Origin: an uncultured Desulfurellales bacterium
GTDB taxonomy: Bacteria > Campylobacterota_A > Desulfurellia > Desulfurellales > CAZERD01
Assembly: GCA_964515405.1 (NCBI GenBank)
Contig: CAZERD010000004.1
Location: 1-54,707, forward strand
Direction of reading: 5' to 3'
DNA: 54,707 bases
How positions within the stretch are numbered: position 1 is the first letter of the stretch; each line of letters starts with the position of its first letter. This document shows positions 18,246-28,154 of this stretch, in pieces. Below the pieces are notes generated by a model. It was not told where the DNA came from. It did no database searches and saw nothing but the letters and a program-made list of their open reading frames with translations. Made by a program: the position numbers and the translations under genes.

Positions 18246-21032
18246 CTATATTTTTCTTACCCTGACTGTGAACTGACAGCTCATGGCGGCCGCCGTAACA
18301 GGACCTTCCCTGTACGTTATAATCTTACTCAGATCAACACCCTTGCCGTGAGCAAAAGTCAGCTTCTTGTTATCCAAACCGAAGTTGCTCATTACATATA
18401 CCGTATCTGGTCTCACAAGCTCAGTTATATGAACAAAGGATTCTATCTTTTGACCAGAAACCGTGTTCATAACCTCTATCCTATCTCCCTCCTTCAAGCC
18501 AAGCTTATCAGCCCTTTTCGGATGCATCCAGAAGCCGAAATTCTCCTCGGAATGCCTCGTAACAAGGGAATTTAACATCGGATTATCAGCCGTGGTAAGG
18601 TACGTCTCCTCTGGCACCTTGCCAAAGGTGAAGAAGAACTCATCATCATCTTTGGGTAAAAAGTCCTGTGGAGCACCCTTCCTATAGGTTATAGGCATAT
18701 ATGTCAGAATTGGATTCCACGCTGGATCAACCCCATATCTGTGATTGAAATGGGAAAGCACTACAGAATATATTTCAACACGCCCCGTAAATGTGGAAGT
18801 GGGCATCTTCCACGGCATACCTTCTTCCTTCAGAAGTTCATCCATCCTCCTCAAGTAGAGCACACCCTTCTCTTCAAGCTTCTTCTTAAGTGTTTCCGGC
18901 TTCATATTTAACATCTTGGCATAAAACGCAATGGAAATGTCATTCAACGCTTGGAAAAACTCTATCTTACCCAACCACGCTTCTCTAAGCTTCTCCATTG
19001 AGAGATTCATATCCCAGCCGGTAAACATGTGGATAACCATAGCTGCCGACTGATATGAACCATTCAACGCATTGGAAATGATGGTGGCTACCTCGCCTCC
19101 TCCTTTCGCTTCACCCACATGGCTAACGGAAGGAAATCTCATTCTTATCCCAAAATCCGAATTGGAACCATCATCCATAACCTGAGAGAATTTCTCCAGA
19201 TATGTCTTGTCAGGTAGAATTACATCTGAATAGGTTGTTATATCCGACGGCAGAATGTCACAGGCAACAATCAGCTTCAGATTAGGATTGGTAAACACAT
19301 CAACCCACTGTCTGTAGCCATAGTAGTCTTTGAGAGGATTAGTGGAATATATGAAAGCCATCTTTATGTTATAGGGTTTGCCCTTCCAAGAAAGCTTTCC
19401 TTCAACTCCCTCCCTGAAACCAGCCGTTGTAAACATTGCGTAAGGAAGTGCCTTCTCTCCATGTTCTTCTCTGTACTTGTTATAAGCAGCCGTAAAGTGG
19501 GGCCATCCCCTGAAGAGAGGGAACTGGTCAGAATATATCATACCCTCAATCTTACCGATAACACCTAGCAACCCCGGAGCCATCGCAACGTTCATCATCA
19601 ACACCATGGGATTGGAAAGCTTACCAGACTTATAAGCTTCCACAAACCTCTTTGTGCCCTCCCTGTTGGCAGGCCTAAAAATCCATCCCCCTGGCCTATC
19701 CACGCCACCAACAAGCACGTTTACAATAGCAGCAGCCTTTCTTGCCTGAACCACATTATCATACCTTCCATCCATCCAGCCTGGGTGTACCGTGGCAGGT
19801 CTAATATTACCCATCATCCATCCTGCTTCTTCAATGTCCTTCACGGGAACGTCACATATCTTAGCCGCCCACTGCGGGGTAGCGTTCTTAACAACTCCCC
19901 ACAGGTAATCAAACGCCGTCTTAGCTGGCTTACCCTGAAATGTCAACCCCTTAGGAGCAAAAAGAGCAGGTTTTATCTTTCTATTGCCTACATTGTCATT
20001 CGTAAAACCATCCACCTCTACAACGGAATCAGATATCTCATCATAAACGTAATAAGCCTTTGAAAATGGAAATTCATGGGGATTAGTGTTTTGGCCAAAA
20101 GCCTCTGGAGTCCCATTGTTATCAAATATCAAGAACGGAGCGGTGGTATGTCTCCTCAGGAATTCATCTTCGTACCAACCATTCTTTATAAGTATGTGAA
20201 TCATACTCATAAGGAATGGAAGATTCGTCCCAGGTTTCACAGGCAACCACTTATCAGCTTTAGACGACAGTTCACTCTGCCTCGGGTCCAGTGAAATCAC
20301 CCTAAGGCCATTCAGTTTACCCTTAGCAAACCTTACAGCCCTTGGCACAGATATACCCGCCACAGCGGCATTGGTTCCCACAGCAAGCATAACTTTGGCA
20401 TTCTCTATATCAACCAGTATCTCATCATGACTGGCAAATGAACCAACAGTAAAGGCAGCTCCTGCATGTTCCGTCATAACGCATTGCTGCATGGGGGAAC
20501 CTATAATGTTCGGACACCCTATAGAGGCAGAAAGAGCAAATACATTCAATCTTTCGTAAGCACAAGCCCTCTGTCCATTAAACAGCGCCACTTCATGTGG
20601 CTGAATATTGTACTCTTTTATCTTATCCTTTATATAATTATAAGCTTCCTCCCACGTAGCCTTCCTAAACTTCCACTCTCCTCTTTTCGAACCCTTTACC
20701 CTGATAAGCGGCGTTGTGATCCTATCAGGATTGTACACCGTCATCACTCCCGCTTGCCCTCGGGCGCATATCTTACCCCTGTTGTACGTGCTTCGTGTAT
20801 TACCGTCAATCTTCAAGGGCTTTTTGAACTTTCCATTAACACGTGCCCTAACCACTATATCGCATCCTGTTGAACAATAACTACATATGTTGGGGTAATA
20901 CTTTATCTTCCCTTTTGGCTTCCTCACATGTGGAGTATAGAGGCCCGCTGTCGCCTTGGGTCTAAAAAAGAGCAGACCACCACTAACCAATGAGGATAGC
21001 TTAAGGAAGTTCCGCCTGTTCAGAGAAATCAT
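18246..21032 (-). CDS. Tat-exported Mo/W-bisPGD oxidoreductase catalytic subunit (PsrA/SreA-like)
   Basis: Tat motif NRRNFLK, FS0 motif CSYCSTGC...GKICARG, DPR, SDVILPD.TYLE, C-terminal MHP..A..LG domain. Confidence 0.9.
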   Translation of the reverse strand: MISLNRRNFLKLSSLVSGGLLFFRPKATAGLYTPHVRKPKGKIKYYPNICSYCSTGCDIVVRARVNGKFKKPLKIDGNTRSTYNRGKICARGQAGVMTVYNPDRITTPLIRVKGSKRGEWKFRKATWEEAYNYIKDKIKEYNIQPHEVALFNGQRACAYERLNVFALSASIGCPNIIGSPMQQCVMTEHAGAAFTVGSFASHDEILVDIENAKVMLAVGTNAAVAGISVPRAVRFAKGKLNGLRVISLDPRQSELSSKADKWLPVKPGTNLPFLMSMIHILIKNGWYEDEFLRRHTTAPFLIFDNNGTPEAFGQNTNPHEFPFSKAYYVYDEISDSVVEVDGFTNDNVGNRKIKPALFAPKGLTFQGKPAKTAFDYLWGVVKNATPQWAAKICDVPVKDIEEAGWMMGNIRPATVHPGWMDGRYDNVVQARKAAAIVNVLVGGVDRPGGWIFRPANREGTKRFVEAYKSGKLSNPMVLMMNVAMAPGLLGVIGKIEGMIYSDQFPLFRGWPHFTAAYNKYREEHGEKALPYAMFTTAGFREGVEGKLSWKGKPYNIKMAFIYSTNPLKDYYGYRQWVDVFTNPNLKLIVACDILPSDITTYSDVILPDKTYLEKFSQVMDDGSNSDFGIRMRFPSVSHVGEAKGGGEVATIISNALNGSYQSAAMVIHMFTGWDMNLSMEKLREAWLGKIEFFQALNDISIAFYAKMLNMKPETLKKKLEEKGVLYLRRMDELLKEEGMPWKMPTSTFTGRVEIYSVVLSHFNHRYGVDPAWNPILTYMPITYRKGAPQDFLPKDDDEFFFTFGKVPEETYLTTADNPMLNSLVTRHSEENFGFWMHPKRADKLGLKEGDRIEVMNTVSGQKIESFVHITELVRPDTVYVMSNFGLDNKKLTFAHGKGVDLSKIITYREGPVTAAAMSCQFTVRVRKI

Positions 21033-21148
21033 GCTAAACCTCCATCTATTGGTTCTAAAGCTTAATTATACATACCAAGGAGACAACTTCAAGTTAAAAT
21101 TACACAGTTGATTAATTATTTCTATAACAATCCAATACACTTCACAGG

Positions 21149-21177
21149 TTGACAAAGGCACAGTAGTAATATATCGT
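21149..21177 (+). promoter_or_regulatory. Putative promoter of the chaperone gene
   Basis: TTGACA-N17-TATCGT. Confidence 0.45.
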
Positions 21178-21201
21178 TGATGAAATTCGGAGGTGGACCT
21201 T

Positions 21202-21816
21202 ATGAAAGAACACAGAGTAGCCATGTATAGATTTCTGAGTATAGGATTCACATATCCCAAAGAAGGGTTTTGCGAAATAATGAACAGGGCTTTAGAGATG
21301 GTGAGAGAAAGCTATTCGTTACTTAATAGTAACGGTTATAAGATAGTAGGTATTCAAAACTTGAAAAAAGGACTCAAAAGCCTTCAAAACATGGAACCAG
21401 AAGAGTTAGAAGCACTATACACTTCTTTGTTCATTTCAAACTATCCCAAAGTCCCTCTTCATCCATATGAATCATTCTACAAAGGAGGGCTACTTGTCAG
21501 CGAAGCTACAGATAGTATAAGGGAATTATATGAAGAATGTGGAGTAGAAGTGTTTGATGATAGAGAATTCCCTGACATAATAAGCTTGGAACTTGAGTTT
21601 GCATCCTTCCTTGTAGAACACGAGATTTCATGCAAACCAGTGTTTGACGGGTTCTTCAACGAACATCTCTTTAGCTGGATATTTGATTTTTTCAAGGATC
21701 TTTCCTCATACAGCAAAACACCCCTTTTTTACAAAGCACTCTCATCCATGGGAAGCACTTTTCTAAAAAGGGAGCAAAAACAGATAAAAAGACTTCTTTA
21801 CGCCCCCGAAAGCTAA
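21202..21816 (+). CDS. TorD/DmsD-family molybdoenzyme chaperone
   Basis: [31 protein letters not shown]; GGAGG RBS before ATG 21202. Confidence 0.88.
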   Translation: MKEHRVAMYRFLSIGFTYPKEGFCEIMNRALEMVRESYSLLNSNGYKIVGIQNLKKGLKSLQNMEPEELEALYTSLFISNYPKVPLHPYESFYKGGLLVSEATDSIRELYEECGVEVFDDREFPDIISLELEFASFLVEHEISCKPVFDGFFNEHLFSWIFDFFKDLSSYSKTPLFYKALSSMGSTFLKREQKQIKRLLYAPES

Positions 21817-22178
21817 AGTGCTCCGAATGTATCTACTATCTTGTTCTCACCATCAACTATTACTATACGAGGTCTGTGCTCTTTCAATTCATTCTCACTA
21901 AGCATTCCGAAAGCCGCTATTATAACCCTATCACCAACAGCAACTTTCCTCGCAGCAGCGCCATTCAAACACACAATACCACTGCCTCTTTCGCCCTTCA
22001 ACGTGTAAGTTTCAAATCTCTCTCCGTTGTCTATATCCCAAACACGCACAAGCTGATACTCTACCATACCGCTCGCTTCCATAAGTTTTTCATCAATTGT
22101 TATGCTACCCACGTAGTTCAAATCAGCCTCAGTAACCTTAGCCCTGTGTATCTTACCCAAAAGAATCTCTCTCAACAT
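21813..22178 (-). CDS. panD: Aspartate 1-decarboxylase
   Basis: [24 protein letters not shown]. Confidence 0.97.
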   Translation of the reverse strand: MLREILLGKIHRAKVTEADLNYVGSITIDEKLMEASGMVEYQLVRVWDIDNGERFETYTLKGERGSGIVCLNGAAARKVAVGDRVIIAAFGMLSENELKEHRPRIVIVDGENKIVDTFGAL

Positions 22179-22203
22179 CTACCCAAGAACCTCCCTCCCG
22201 TTT

Positions 22204-23061
22204 TTAAACCCAGACATTATCTATAAGCCTCGTCTCCCCAACAAAAACAGCTAGTGATATAAGTGTGTTGCCCTTTTCCACAAACTCTAACTCTTCAAGA
22301 TCTGTGATCCTGTTTATGCTTATATAATCTATCTCAGTATGAGGATAAACCCCTATCAAGCATTCCATAGTCTTTACAATAAGCTTCGCTTCAACTATTC
22401 CTGCATCAACCATCTCTTTAGCTTTCATGAGTGCCTTATACAGACACACGGCGGACTTTCTCTGCTCGGGCTTAAGATAGACATTCCTTGAGCTCATCGC
22501 AAGGCCATCTTCCTCCCTTACTATTGGCATCGGCACTACCTCTATACCCAAATTCAGATCCTTAACCATCCTTTCTATTACTATAAGTTGCTGGGCGTCC
22601 TTTTTGCCAAAATAAACCCTGTTTGGCCGAACTATGTTAAACAGTTTGCACACAACAGTAGTAACACCTCTAAAGTGTGTAGGCCTTGACTTTCCCTCCA
22701 AAACACCTGTTAACCTCTCAACAACAACATACGTACTAAAACCACTAGGATACATGTCATTGGACGAAGGGTAAAATAGGTAATCCACTCCGCTTTCACG
22801 GCACAACCTCTCATCCCTCTTTATATCCCTAGGATACCTATTAAAATCCTCATTCGGTGCAAACTGTTTGGGATTCACAAAAATACTCACGACCACAATA
22901 TCATTCTCTCCTCTCGCCCTTCTTATAAGGGAGAGATGACCCTCATGAAGATAACCCATAGTGGGAACAAACCCTATGCTCTTACCCTCTGTCCTCAACG
23001 ATAAAGCCCTTGCGCTCATATACTCAATAGAATCCACAAGTTCCATCCCGGAATCACTCAT
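22204..23061 (-). CDS. panC: Pantoate-beta-alanine ligase
   Basis: VPTMGYLHEGH, SIFVNP, FGKKDAQQ, GLAMSSRN, RLIDN. Confidence 0.97.
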   Translation of the reverse strand: MSDSGMELVDSIEYMSARALSLRTEGKSIGFVPTMGYLHEGHLSLIRRARGENDIVVVSIFVNPKQFAPNEDFNRYPRDIKRDERLCRESGVDYLFYPSSNDMYPSGFSTYVVVERLTGVLEGKSRPTHFRGVTTVVCKLFNIVRPNRVYFGKKDAQQLIVIERMVKDLNLGIEVVPMPIVREEDGLAMSSRNVYLKPEQRKSAVCLYKALMKAKEMVDAGIVEAKLIVKTMECLIGVYPHTEIDYISINRITDLEELEFVEKGNTLISLAVFVGETRLIDNVWV

Positions 23062-23845
23062 AGGAATGCCTCATCTCCGGAAACTTGCCAGATTTCACTT
23101 CCTTCACATAGGTTTTAATAGCAGCCACAGAGTCTTCCTTCAGATCAGCATACCTCTTGACAAACTTGGGTTTAAATTCATCAAACAAACCCAATAAATC
23201 ATGATACACAAGCACTTGTCCATCGGTGTACATGCCTGCACCTATGCCTATAGTGGGCACAGACACGCTCTCTGTTATATCCCTTGCAAGTGCATAGGGA
23301 ACAGCTTCAAGCACTATTGAAAAGACCCCCACCTTCTCAAGAGCTCTTGCTCCCTTCATTATCTTCTCGGCTTCTCCCTTGTCCCTTCCTCTTGCCTTAT
23401 AAGACCCAAATACATTAATAGATTGAGGGGTTAAACCAAGATGTCCCATTACAGGAATACCTGCCTTCACTATTCTCTCCACAGTCTCAGCATAATCTTC
23501 ACCACCCTCAAGCTTAACTGCATCGCACCCTGTCTCCTTCACTATCCTTCCAGCATTGAGAACAGCATCATAAGCCCCCTGCTGATAGCTCATAAAGGGC
23601 ATATCAACAACTACCAGCGCGTTCTTAACCGCCCTCTTAACGATCCTCCCATGATATATCATATCCTCAACGGTAACGGATAATGTGGATTTCAAACCCT
23701 GTATCACCATCGCCAGAGAGTCTCCAACAAGCACGATATCAACACCGCTCTCATCGGCTATCCTTGCGGAGGAGAAATCATAAGCCGTTACCATAGCTAT
23801 CTTCTCTCTACCCTTCATCTCCACAATGCCGGGTACTGTAACCAT
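23054..23845 (-). CDS. panB: 3-methyl-2-oxobutanoate hydroxymethyltransferase
   Basis: TAYD, LVGDSL, DMPFMSY, KLEGG, GHLGLTPQ. Confidence 0.97.
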   Translation of the reverse strand: MVTVPGIVEMKGREKIAMVTAYDFSSARIADESGVDIVLVGDSLAMVIQGLKSTLSVTVEDMIYHGRIVKRAVKNALVVVDMPFMSYQQGAYDAVLNAGRIVKETGCDAVKLEGGEDYAETVERIVKAGIPVMGHLGLTPQSINVFGSYKARGRDKGEAEKIMKGARALEKVGVFSIVLEAVPYALARDITESVSVPTIGIGAGMYTDGQVLVYHDLLGLFDEFKPKFVKRYADLKEDSVAAIKTYVKEVKSGKFPEMRHSYE

Positions 23846-23857
23846 GTCTCACCTCTC

Positions 23858-23903
23858 AAAAAACAAAAAACCTATAAACCCCCTTGAAGGCTTATAGGTT
23901 TCT
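23858..23903 (-). terminator. Intrinsic terminator in the panB leader
   Basis: Minus strand AAACCTATAAGCCTT-caa-GGGGGTTTATAGG followed by TTTTTTGTTTTTT, directly before the panB RBS. Confidence 0.8.
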
Positions 23904-23923
23904 TTTTAATGTTATTCTATTGC

Positions 23924-23954
23924 GGCTTAAAGCCCTCCACCAGGGTCTTCTGCC
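23924..23954 (-). promoter_or_regulatory. Bulged hairpin upstream of the pan terminator (candidate pan-motif leader)
   Basis: GGCagAAGaCCCT-ggtgg-AGGGCTTtaaGCC folds with unpaired A residues. Confidence 0.35.
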
Positions 23955-24433
23955 TATTTAACCCTACGGACCCAACCCTTATCTGGGCACTTGCTCAACA
24001 ACTCTTTGACCGTAACACCTTTGATAACAAAATCTCCGGCTACCTCACTAAGTGGAACCAGCTCAAATCTCCTCTCAGCAAGATGCCTGTGAGGTAATTC
24101 AAGCACACTATCACTAACCAGTATATCCCCAAAGGCAAGGATGTCAATATCTATAACCCTACTCCCCCACCTCACAAGGCGCACCCTCCCCATCTCACGT
24201 TCAATGTTCAGGCAAAACCTCAAAAGATCATGAGGGTCCATATCGGTTTCCACCATCAAAACCTGATTGTAAAAGGGCGGTTGTTCTCTGTATCCCCACG
24301 GCTCGGATTCATACACACCAGATTCTTTGATCACATTCACACCTTCAGAAAGTCTCTCTCGTGCCTTCCTGAGATTCTTCATCCTATCCCCAATATTGCT
24401 ACCAAGAGACAAGTAAACATCTCTATACAGCAT
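23954..24433 (-). CDS. folK: Hydroxymethyldihydropteridine pyrophosphokinase
   Basis: LSLGSNIGD, RWGSRVIDIDIL, LPH. Confidence 0.95.
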   Translation of the reverse strand: MLYRDVYLSLGSNIGDRMKNLRKARERLSEGVNVIKESGVYESEPWGYREQPPFYNQVLMVETDMDPHDLLRFCLNIEREMGRVRLVRWGSRVIDIDILAFGDILVSDSVLELPHRHLAERRFELVPLSEVAGDFVIKGVTVKELLSKCPDKGWVRRVK

Positions 24434-25577
24434 TTCTTATCCTATCGGCAGCCTCTTCTATGCGCGGATTTGTTATGCTTATTCTGAAATATCCCTCACC
24501 ATGTTCACCAAACCCATTCCCCGGAGTAACAACCACACCTTGTCCCTCAAGGAGTTTCTTGGCAAACTCCGATGAGGAATATCCCCTCGGAACTTTCACC
24601 CAAAAATAAAATGTTGAATCCGGCTTTCTGAATTCAAAACCAGCCTCTCTTAGGGCGTCCGACATCTTATCCCTTCTCTGCTCGAAGATACTCCTTATAC
24701 CAGCATTGAGTCTCTCTGAGTTTTCAAGGGCATATATGCCAGCGCACTGCACCGCTTGAAATACACCGGAATCTACATTAGTCTTCACCTTACCCAATCC
24801 ACCTACAACCTCCCTATTACCAACCACAAAACCTATCCTCCACCCAGTCATGTTGAACGTCTTTGAAAGAGAATGAAACTCCACTCCTACATCCTTTGCA
24901 CCACCCACTTCAAGAAAACTAATGGGCTTATGGTCTCCGTAGTATATCTCGGAGTAGGCATTGTCACTGGCAACAATAAACCCGAACTTCCCTGCAAGCT
25001 CCACCACCCTTCCATAGAATTCTTCGTCAGCTTCAGCAGATGTGGGGTTATTTGGATAGTTAACAAACATTATCTTGGCCCTATTTAGAATTTCCAAAGG
25101 AATAGAGTCAATATCTGGAAGAAACCCAATATCCTCCCTCAAAGGTACAAAAAACGGCTCCCCCTCAGCAAGTATTGTACCAGTGGCATATACAGGATAC
25201 CCTGGGTCAGGGATAAGAACAACATCACCTCTCTCAACAAATGCGAATGGAAGATGAGCTATCCCCTCCTTTGAGCCTATAAGACTCAAAACTTCACTAC
25301 ACGGATCCAGTTTCACGCCAAATCTCCTACTATACCAATCCGCCACCGCCGTTCGGAACTGCAACATTCCAGCATAACTCGGGTACTGATGATTAGACGC
25401 CTCCCCTAGAGCCTTTCTTGCCTCATTCACAATCTCACTGGGCGTTGGCATATCAGGATCACCCACACCCAGATCTATTATATCTATACCCTTAGCTGCC
25501 ACCTCTTCCTTTAACCTGTCTATCTCGGCGAACAAATAAGGCGGCAGCCTCCTAATCCGCTCAACATACTCAAACAT
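24423..25577 (-). CDS. dapL: LL-diaminopimelate aminotransferase
   Basis: LPPYLFA, GSKEG, NYPNNPT, HSLSKTFNMTGWR. Confidence 0.85.
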   Translation of the reverse strand: MFEYVERIRRLPPYLFAEIDRLKEEVAAKGIDIIDLGVGDPDMPTPSEIVNEARKALGEASNHQYPSYAGMLQFRTAVADWYSRRFGVKLDPCSEVLSLIGSKEGIAHLPFAFVERGDVVLIPDPGYPVYATGTILAEGEPFFVPLREDIGFLPDIDSIPLEILNRAKIMFVNYPNNPTSAEADEEFYGRVVELAGKFGFIVASDNAYSEIYYGDHKPISFLEVGGAKDVGVEFHSLSKTFNMTGWRIGFVVGNREVVGGLGKVKTNVDSGVFQAVQCAGIYALENSERLNAGIRSIFEQRRDKMSDALREAGFEFRKPDSTFYFWVKVPRGYSSSEFAKKLLEGQGVVVTPGNGFGEHGEGYFRISITNPRIEEAADRIRNAV

Positions 25578-25588
25578 AAATCTCCTCC

Positions 25589-26182
25589 CTAAGTGTTTTT
25601 CTCAATAACATCAACCAACCTATCAAACATAGCTCCTTTCCTCACAACTTTCACCCCATTGTTAACAACCTCAACCACCGTGGACGGAACGTTTAACACT
25701 TCCCCTCTAACAAAGGCATCTATGTGTTCTCCAAACCGTCTGATTATACTCTCCTCTTCCACCATATACTCATTACCCGTAACATTCACACTCGTAGAGG
25801 TTATAGGAAACTCCTTGCTCACAACCTCAAGAAACGGCGTATTCGCCAGTCTAAAAGCTGTCTTACCCTTACGTGACGCATACCACGGCATAGAAAACCT
25901 TGTTTCAACCACCACAGTCACACCAGCATTCAAAAGCAGCTCCACCAATTCTACATCCCGCCTAACCATGGAGAGGATAAACTCCCGAACAGCTATAACT
26001 ATAAACGGAGAATTAAATTCTCTCCCTTTTATCCTGTATATCCTCCTGTTAGCAGCTTCGCTCCACAGGGAGGCAGAAAAACCATACAGCGTATATGCAG
26101 GACACACAATAACCCCACCGTCCCTAAGGATATCAACTGCGCGTTCAGGTTCAACCTCGTTTATATATTCCATAGATTGCAT
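25589..26182 (-). CDS. Sua5/YrdC (TsaC) threonylcarbamoyl-AMP synthase
   Basis: TLYG, IYRIKGR, TSTSVN, PSTVV; motifs somewhat divergent. Confidence 0.8.
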   Translation of the reverse strand: MQSMEYINEVEPERAVDILRDGGVIVCPAYTLYGFSASLWSEAANRRIYRIKGREFNSPFIVIAVREFILSMVRRDVELVELLLNAGVTVVVETRFSMPWYASRKGKTAFRLANTPFLEVVSKEFPITSTSVNVTGNEYMVEEESIIRRFGEHIDAFVRGEVLNVPSTVVEVVNNGVKVVRKGAMFDRLVDVIEKNT

Positions 26183-26195
26183 CGTCTTAGAAAGG

Positions 26196-26269
26196 GGTGA
26201 GTAGTGGGACTTGAACCCACGGCCACCAGGGCCACAACCTGGTGCTCTACCAACTGAGCTATACCCACC
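26196..26269 (-). tRNA. tRNA-His (GTG)
   Basis: G(-1)GTGGGTATAGCTCAGTTGGTAGAGCACCAGGTTGTGGCCCTGG...GGTTCAAGTCC...TACTCACC; followed by CCT, so CCA is not fully encoded. Confidence 0.95.
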
Positions 26270-26282
26270 ACAACAAAAGGAA

Positions 26283-26355
26283 TGAGCCGCGTAGGGATCG
26301 AACCTACGACCGACGGATTAAGAGTCCGTTGCTCTACCAGCTGAGCTAGCGGCCC
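26283..26355 (-). tRNA. tRNA-Lys (CTT)
   Basis: GGGCCGCTAGCTCAGCTGGTAGAGCAACGGACTCTTAATCCGT...GGTTCGATCCC...GCGGCTCA; CCA not encoded. Confidence 0.96.
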
Positions 26356-26597
26356 ATTCGTTGAAAAAATATATCTCCCGTTTAGAAAATGTCAAGCACT
26401 TTAACAATCCTAACAAAACACGGAAAATAGAAGGCGCATCCTCACAAAAAACACCACATGGATACGACTCTAACTGAGCATTAACTAAAAAAACAAAATG
26501 CAAATTTTTACCTAACCATTGCTTGACATTTTAAAAATATTTTATTATTTTGTGTAAGAATAAACCCAATAATAAAAAACTTTCAGGAGGAGGTAAC

Positions 26598-28142
26598 ATG
26601 CGGGAGAAACTCAAGGAACTGAAAGAAATGGAGGCCCAGGCAGAACTCGGAGGCGGCGTAGCAAGAATCGAAAAACAACATGCCATGGGCAAGCTCACAG
26701 CAAGAGAAAGGCTAAACATTCTCTTGGACGAAGGAAGCTTCGTCGAAATTGACAAATTTGTGGTTCACCAATGTCACGACTTTGGCATGGAAAAAAAGCA
26801 AATACTGGGTGACGGAGTGGTCACAGGATACGGTACAATAAGCGGAAGACTTGTATTTGTGTTCAGCCAAGATTTTACAGTGTTCGGAGGCTCGCTCTCC
26901 GGAGCCTTTGCAAGAAAAATATGCAAAATAATGGATATGGCCATGAAGGTTGGGGCCCCCGTTATTGGATTGAACGACTCCGGTGGCGCAAGGATCCAAG
27001 AGGGCGTCGTCTCTCTAGCAGGATACGCAGATATATTCCTAAGAAACGTTATGGCCTCCGGTGTAGTGCCACAAATCTCCGTCATTATGGGACCATGCGC
27101 TGGGGGAGCTGTGTACTCACCAGCTATTACAGCCTTCACAATAATGACAAAGGGAACCAGTTATATGTTCATAACAGGCCCAGATGTTATAGAGGCTGTC
27201 ACCGGTGAAAAGATAACCAAGGAAGACCTGGGTGGTGCTGAGGTGCACTCCATCAAAACAAGAGTGGCAGACTACGCTGCAGAGAACGACGAAGATGCTC
27301 TACTGACAGTCAGGGAAATACTGCAATTCATACCTCAAAATAATATGGAGGATCCGCCGTTCCAGCCTACAAATGATCCACCAAACAGAAGAGAAGAGTC
27401 TATATACGATCTGATACCCACAGATCCCAACAAACCGTATAACATGAAGGAGTTAATCAAGAGGGTGGTAGACGACGGGTATTTCTTCGAAATAAAGGAA
27501 AACTACGCCAAAAACATGATAGTGGGATTCGCCAGACTGGGGGGTAGAAGCGTAGGCATAATAGCGAACCAGCCCCAGTTCTTCGCCGGCGCACTGGACT
27601 ACAAGGCGGCAGCGAAAGCTGCAAGATTCATAAGATTCTGTGATGCATTCAACATACCTATCATAACTCTGGAGGACCAGCCCGGGTATATGCCCGGCAT
27701 AGCTCAAGAACACAGCGGCGTTATTCTGCACGGAGCCCAACTCCTATACGCCTATGCAGAAGCAACCGTTCCAAAGATCACCATAATTGTAAGGAAAGCC
27801 TACGGTGGAGCCTATGACGTCATGGCATCCAAACACTTTAGGGCTGATATAAATTATGCTTACCCTACTGCCGAAGTAGCCGTTATGGGACCAGACGGAG
27901 CGGTAAACATATTGTTTAGGAAAGAACTAGCAGAGTCAAAGAATCCTGTTCAAAGGAAAGCAGAATTAGTCAAGGAATATAGGGATAAATTCGCCAATCC
28001 ATACGTAGTGGCAAAGCTGGGATACGTGGATGAAATCATAGATCCGGCTGACACAAGACTAAAACTCATAGAGGCACTGGAAGTTACCAAAAACAAGAGG
28101 GAATCCAACCCCCCCAAGAAACATGGCAACATCCCCTTGTAA
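26598..28142 (+). CDS. pccB: Propionyl-CoA/acyl-CoA carboxylase, carboxyltransferase subunit
   Basis: [45 protein letters not shown]. Confidence 0.92.
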   Translation: MREKLKELKEMEAQAELGGGVARIEKQHAMGKLTARERLNILLDEGSFVEIDKFVVHQCHDFGMEKKQILGDGVVTGYGTISGRLVFVFSQDFTVFGGSLSGAFARKICKIMDMAMKVGAPVIGLNDSGGARIQEGVVSLAGYADIFLRNVMASGVVPQISVIMGPCAGGAVYSPAITAFTIMTKGTSYMFITGPDVIEAVTGEKITKEDLGGAEVHSIKTRVADYAAENDEDALLTVREILQFIPQNNMEDPPFQPTNDPPNRREESIYDLIPTDPNKPYNMKELIKRVVDDGYFFEIKENYAKNMIVGFARLGGRSVGIIANQPQFFAGALDYKAAAKAARFIRFCDAFNIPIITLEDQPGYMPGIAQEHSGVILHGAQLLYAYAEATVPKITIIVRKAYGGAYDVMASKHFRADINYAYPTAEVAVMGPDGAVNILFRKELAESKNPVQRKAELVKEYRDKFANPYVVAKLGYVDEIIDPADTRLKLIEALEVTKNKRESNPPKKHGNIPL

Positions 28143-28154
28143 TTGGAGGTAGAG

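Noticed and set aside
18246-21032. Assignment as arsenate reductase ArrA or a selenocysteine enzyme
   Set aside because: ArrA-type motifs were not recognised and there is no in-frame TGA.
26196-26355. Prophage or island integration at the tRNAs
   Set aside because: No integrase and no duplicated tRNA 3' end seen; flanks are housekeeping genes.
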